Source: a virus (taxonomy: Duplodnaviria > Caudoviricetes). From it: a stretch of 28,560 bases of DNA. A model generated the notes under the pieces. The model did not search any database. It worked only from the letters and a program-made list of their open reading frames with translations, and was not told where the DNA came from. Shown in pieces: positions 26,548 through 28,560 of the stretch. The stretch lies in the IMG/VR virus record IMGVR_UViG_3300032301_000739, positions 1 through 28,560 of that record; one strand, written 5' to 3'. The number at the start of each line of letters is the position of its first letter. Within the stretch, counting starts at the first letter, position 1. The position numbers and the translations under genes were made by a program.

Positions 26548-27333
26548 TTATATTTTTGTTTTTAATTCATTGTAAATCATTTCTGCAATATTTCTATTTG
26601 TATTAGGACCCGGATGTCCTCTCTCGTTAGGTCCCAGTATGTCTCTAGCATTGTCTATATAGATACATTGTTTACAGTCTAATAATTCTGATGTAGCATA
26701 ATCATAAGCAACTTCGTGTATCACTGTTCGGTCTTTCCACACCTGTTGAAAAATTTTCTGGGCCATCACTGCATTTGCAATGGTATTGTATTCTTTTTTC
26801 GACCACAAGTCCATGTAGCTGTCTTTCTCAGAATTCCACGGCCCATAATGATACAGTTCATATTTGTCATAGTACACGCATCTTGAATGATGCGGCCAAG
26901 CCATTATTACTGCTCGAGGGGTGGGATAGCCGGCTGATAAAATCACAGAATTATGTAAATTATAATTGATAGATGATCCGCCTTGTCCTAGATTTATAAC
27001 CGGTATCTGCATGATGTTTTCTAGCTGCTGACTCAATGTATGAGCATCATCGACGCCTACACCGTACACATAAGAACATCCTAATATGACTATCGATTCT
27101 GCCCAATCTATCTTGTTAAATTCTTTGGTTCTATATCCTTTAGAATTATTAGTGTATGTGACTGAATGATTCCTATAATACCAATCTTCCGGTTGTATTT
27201 TTAAATTTTTTTCATACAGTTCTTTAGTATCTGTACCAGACCAATGCTTTGAATGTGGGGAATTATCTCCAGGTAAAAAATTATTTTTCTTTAAATGTTT
27301 GTCCATTCTGCAGTGAAAAAAATTATCTAACAT
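26548..27333 (-). CDS. SGNH/GDSL hydrolase-fold protein
   Basis: NSKGYRT, ILGCSYVYGVG, NLGQGGSS, ARD...GHPG; related to 12834..13655. Confidence 0.65.
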   Translation of the reverse strand: MLDNFFHCRMDKHLKKNNFLPGDNSPHSKHWSGTDTKELYEKNLKIQPEDWYYRNHSVTYTNNSKGYRTKEFNKIDWAESIVILGCSYVYGVGVDDAHTLSQQLENIMQIPVINLGQGGSSINYNLHNSVILSAGYPTPRAVIMAWPHHSRCVYYDKYELYHYGPWNSEKDSYMDLWSKKEYNTIANAVMAQKIFQQVWKDRTVIHEVAYDYATSELLDCKQCIYIDNARDILGPNERGHPGPNTNRNIAEMIYNELKTKI

Positions 27334-28319
27334 GAATTGGATCTGTCCTTGGGTATTTTGCTATCAGCCGAACTCACACAGCTAGGTGTAATACAGATTC
27401 TTGGATTAGAAATAAGATCGAATCCATCTGTCAGAGTTCCTAACGGTGCATCGTGACAACTATACGATCTCTTGACCTCATTGCCTCTTATTATAACACT
27501 TTGATATCCGCTATTGCAAGTCCAACCTTGGAATTTATTAAAATTAAAAGCATTGAATCTTTCCGCTTGATCAAACAGATATTCTTGGCCTGTTTGATCA
27601 TATAGTGCAATTTGATATACTTCCTCGCCGTGTGCTGTTTGAGGAAATCCAGTTTGTAATAGATTAATCATTTCTGCAGTATACCCATCGACTACTCGAC
27701 TCGCAGTGGGATCGCTCTGTGGTTTGAGGGTGACATTGATTCCTCGAGCATGCAATCGAGCCATGCGTTCATACAGCTCATAGAACTTTTCAGGTACCAT
27801 TACTTGGTTAACGGTGACATGGACCAACTCATACTGTAACTGTAGACACTTGTCTCCAAACTCTTGCTCCTTGGCAAACTCATCATGAAATGATGCTGTG
27901 ATACTACGGCGTTGTAATAAAGCAGTATTAGCACACCATGTGTTCCACCATTTTGATCCTGGCGACAAATTGGTAGTCATGTGTATGCTCTGGTATGTGC
28001 TTTCTGTTTCGTCTAAGTGTTTTACCAAATCCGGCAATTGCTTGTATGCAGTGGGCTCGCCGCCGCTGAAGCTCCAATGGAATTCAGTAAATCCATTTTG
28101 TCGAGCCTGCCGTTTGATTTCGTCTATGGCGTTGGTGTAGACTTCAAATGATTGATAATCCATTCGGTCACTGCGAGCATACGGCCAACAGTAGGAACAG
28201 TTATAATTACAGAAACGGCCTAAAATCCAACTGGTAGAAAATAATGGACGCTGTAACATGGTGCGTTGACCAAATCTTACTATGCGATCGAATGGTATCT
28301 TTGTGAAGTCTTGTGTCAT
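27327..28319 (-). CDS. Radical SAM protein with a C-terminal SPASM/twitch-like domain
   Basis: RFCNYNCSYC; FSGGEPT; MTTN; WTCNSG...RSYSC...LG...CITPSC. Confidence 0.88.
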   Translation of the reverse strand: MTQDFTKIPFDRIVRFGQRTMLQRPLFSTSWILGRFCNYNCSYCWPYARSDRMDYQSFEVYTNAIDEIKRQARQNGFTEFHWSFSGGEPTAYKQLPDLVKHLDETESTYQSIHMTTNLSPGSKWWNTWCANTALLQRRSITASFHDEFAKEQEFGDKCLQLQYELVHVTVNQVMVPEKFYELYERMARLHARGINVTLKPQSDPTASRVVDGYTAEMINLLQTGFPQTAHGEEVYQIALYDQTGQEYLFDQAERFNAFNFNKFQGWTCNSGYQSVIIRGNEVKRSYSCHDAPLGTLTDGFDLISNPRICITPSCVSSADSKIPKDRSNSC

Positions 28320-28329
28320 AATCTGACAG

Positions 28330-28337
28330 TATTTAAC
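28330..28337 (-). promoter_or_regulatory. Late-like box GTTAAATA heading the last minus-strand unit
   Basis: TAAATA core 10 nt upstream of ATG 28319. Confidence 0.5.
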
Positions 28338-28347
28338 TACAAAATGC

Positions 28348-28376
28348 TTGACCTTTTGCGTTTGCGGTTATATACT
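28348..28376 (+). promoter_or_regulatory. Sigma70-type promoter of the tRNA-like gene
   Basis: TTGACC (28348-28353), 17-nt spacer, TATACT (28371-28376); the predicted start site coincides with the RNA 5' end. Confidence 0.8.
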
Positions 28377-28382
28377 GTATAA

Positions 28383-28491
28383 GTGGTCGTGAGTGGAACT
28401 TGGCATACCTCCGGTCCGTTGTGAAACGCATTTGGGCAAGGGCAACGTCTTAGACATCGCTTTGTAGGTTCGAATCCTACCGACCACACCA
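28383..28491 (+). tRNA. Atypical 109-nt tRNA-like RNA (class II, Leu-like body; anticodon not assignable)
   Basis: Acceptor GTGGTCG/CGACCAC plus A-CCA; T-arm GTAGG-TTCGAAT-CCTAC; D-loop GAACTTGGCATA; long variable arm; oversized, non-canonical anticodon region. Confidence 0.75.
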
Positions 28492-28533
28492 ATTACTATC
28501 ATAAGTAGTAGAACATAACTTAAGGAAAACATT

Positions 28534-28560
28534 ATGTCAAACACAGTAGAACAATTAAAA
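28534..28560 (+). CDS. Start of a CDS running off the window (MSNTVEQLK...)
   Basis: TAAGGA SD and CATAAGTA late-like box (28500-28507) upstream; only 9 codons visible. Confidence 0.55.

Noticed and set aside
390-28140. About 30 short ORFs (60-116 aa) in the track that overlap longer genes, for example 569..847, 10162..10425 and 26176..26526
   Set aside because: They are antisense or out-of-frame shadows of motif-bearing genes, with no recognisable motifs of their own.
8890-28319. Assigning radical SAM genes as moaA, queE, nrdG or pqqE, or the island as a 7-deazaguanine DNA-modification cluster
   Set aside because: None of the partner genes (moaC, queC/queD/folE/dpdA, nrdD, pqqA-D) is visible, and the domain layouts differ.
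3094-28329. A short RiPP precursor peptide gene inside the island
   Set aside because: Intergenic gaps are 50 bp or less and are occupied by promoter boxes; a precursor elsewhere in the genome cannot be excluded.
28383-28491. Calling the RNA tRNA-His(GTG), tRNA-Sec or tmRNA
   Set aside because: It has no 5-bp stem with a 7-nt loop around GTG, no G-1 or C73, no TCA anticodon or 8-bp acceptor stem, and no tmRNA ends or tag ORF.
1-28560. CRISPR array, IS element, integrase, intron/intein or alternative genetic code
   Set aside because: No spaced direct repeats or mobile-element motifs were seen; genes are uninterrupted and tile densely under the standard code.
28534-28560. Functional call for the final ORF
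   Set aside because: Only nine codons are visible.

Overview
This window most likely comes from a large (jumbo, T4-like) tailed phage genome. It has no bacterial housekeeping block, but it does carry a cUUCGg terminator, T4-late-like (C)ATAAATA boxes, a fibre-like virion protein and a tRNA-like gene. The left end holds the 3' part of a translation initiation factor IF-1 gene, a CX5R phosphatase, two small ORFs, a metallophosphoesterase and a putative tail-fibre/structural protein. From 3144 to 28319 lies a dense 25-kb island of 29 genes, almost all small-molecule or protein tailoring enzymes. These are 10 radical SAM proteins in 5 subtypes (one cobalamin-dependent), 9 Fe(II)/2-oxoglutarate-type oxygenases, 3 SGNH proteins, 2 degenerate kinase-fold proteins, a GNAT-like protein, a PLP enzyme, a methyltransferase and 2 unknowns. 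The island forms six alternating-strand units, each opened by a TAAATA-type box 4-10 nt before the first ATG, which suggests late, mostly leaderless expression. No scaffold-making enzyme or precursor peptide is visible, so the neighbouring virion protein is a candidate substrate (inference only). The right end has a sigma70 promoter driving a 109-nt tRNA-like RNA with an aberrant anticodon arm. All product calls come from reading motifs by eye; no database search was run.
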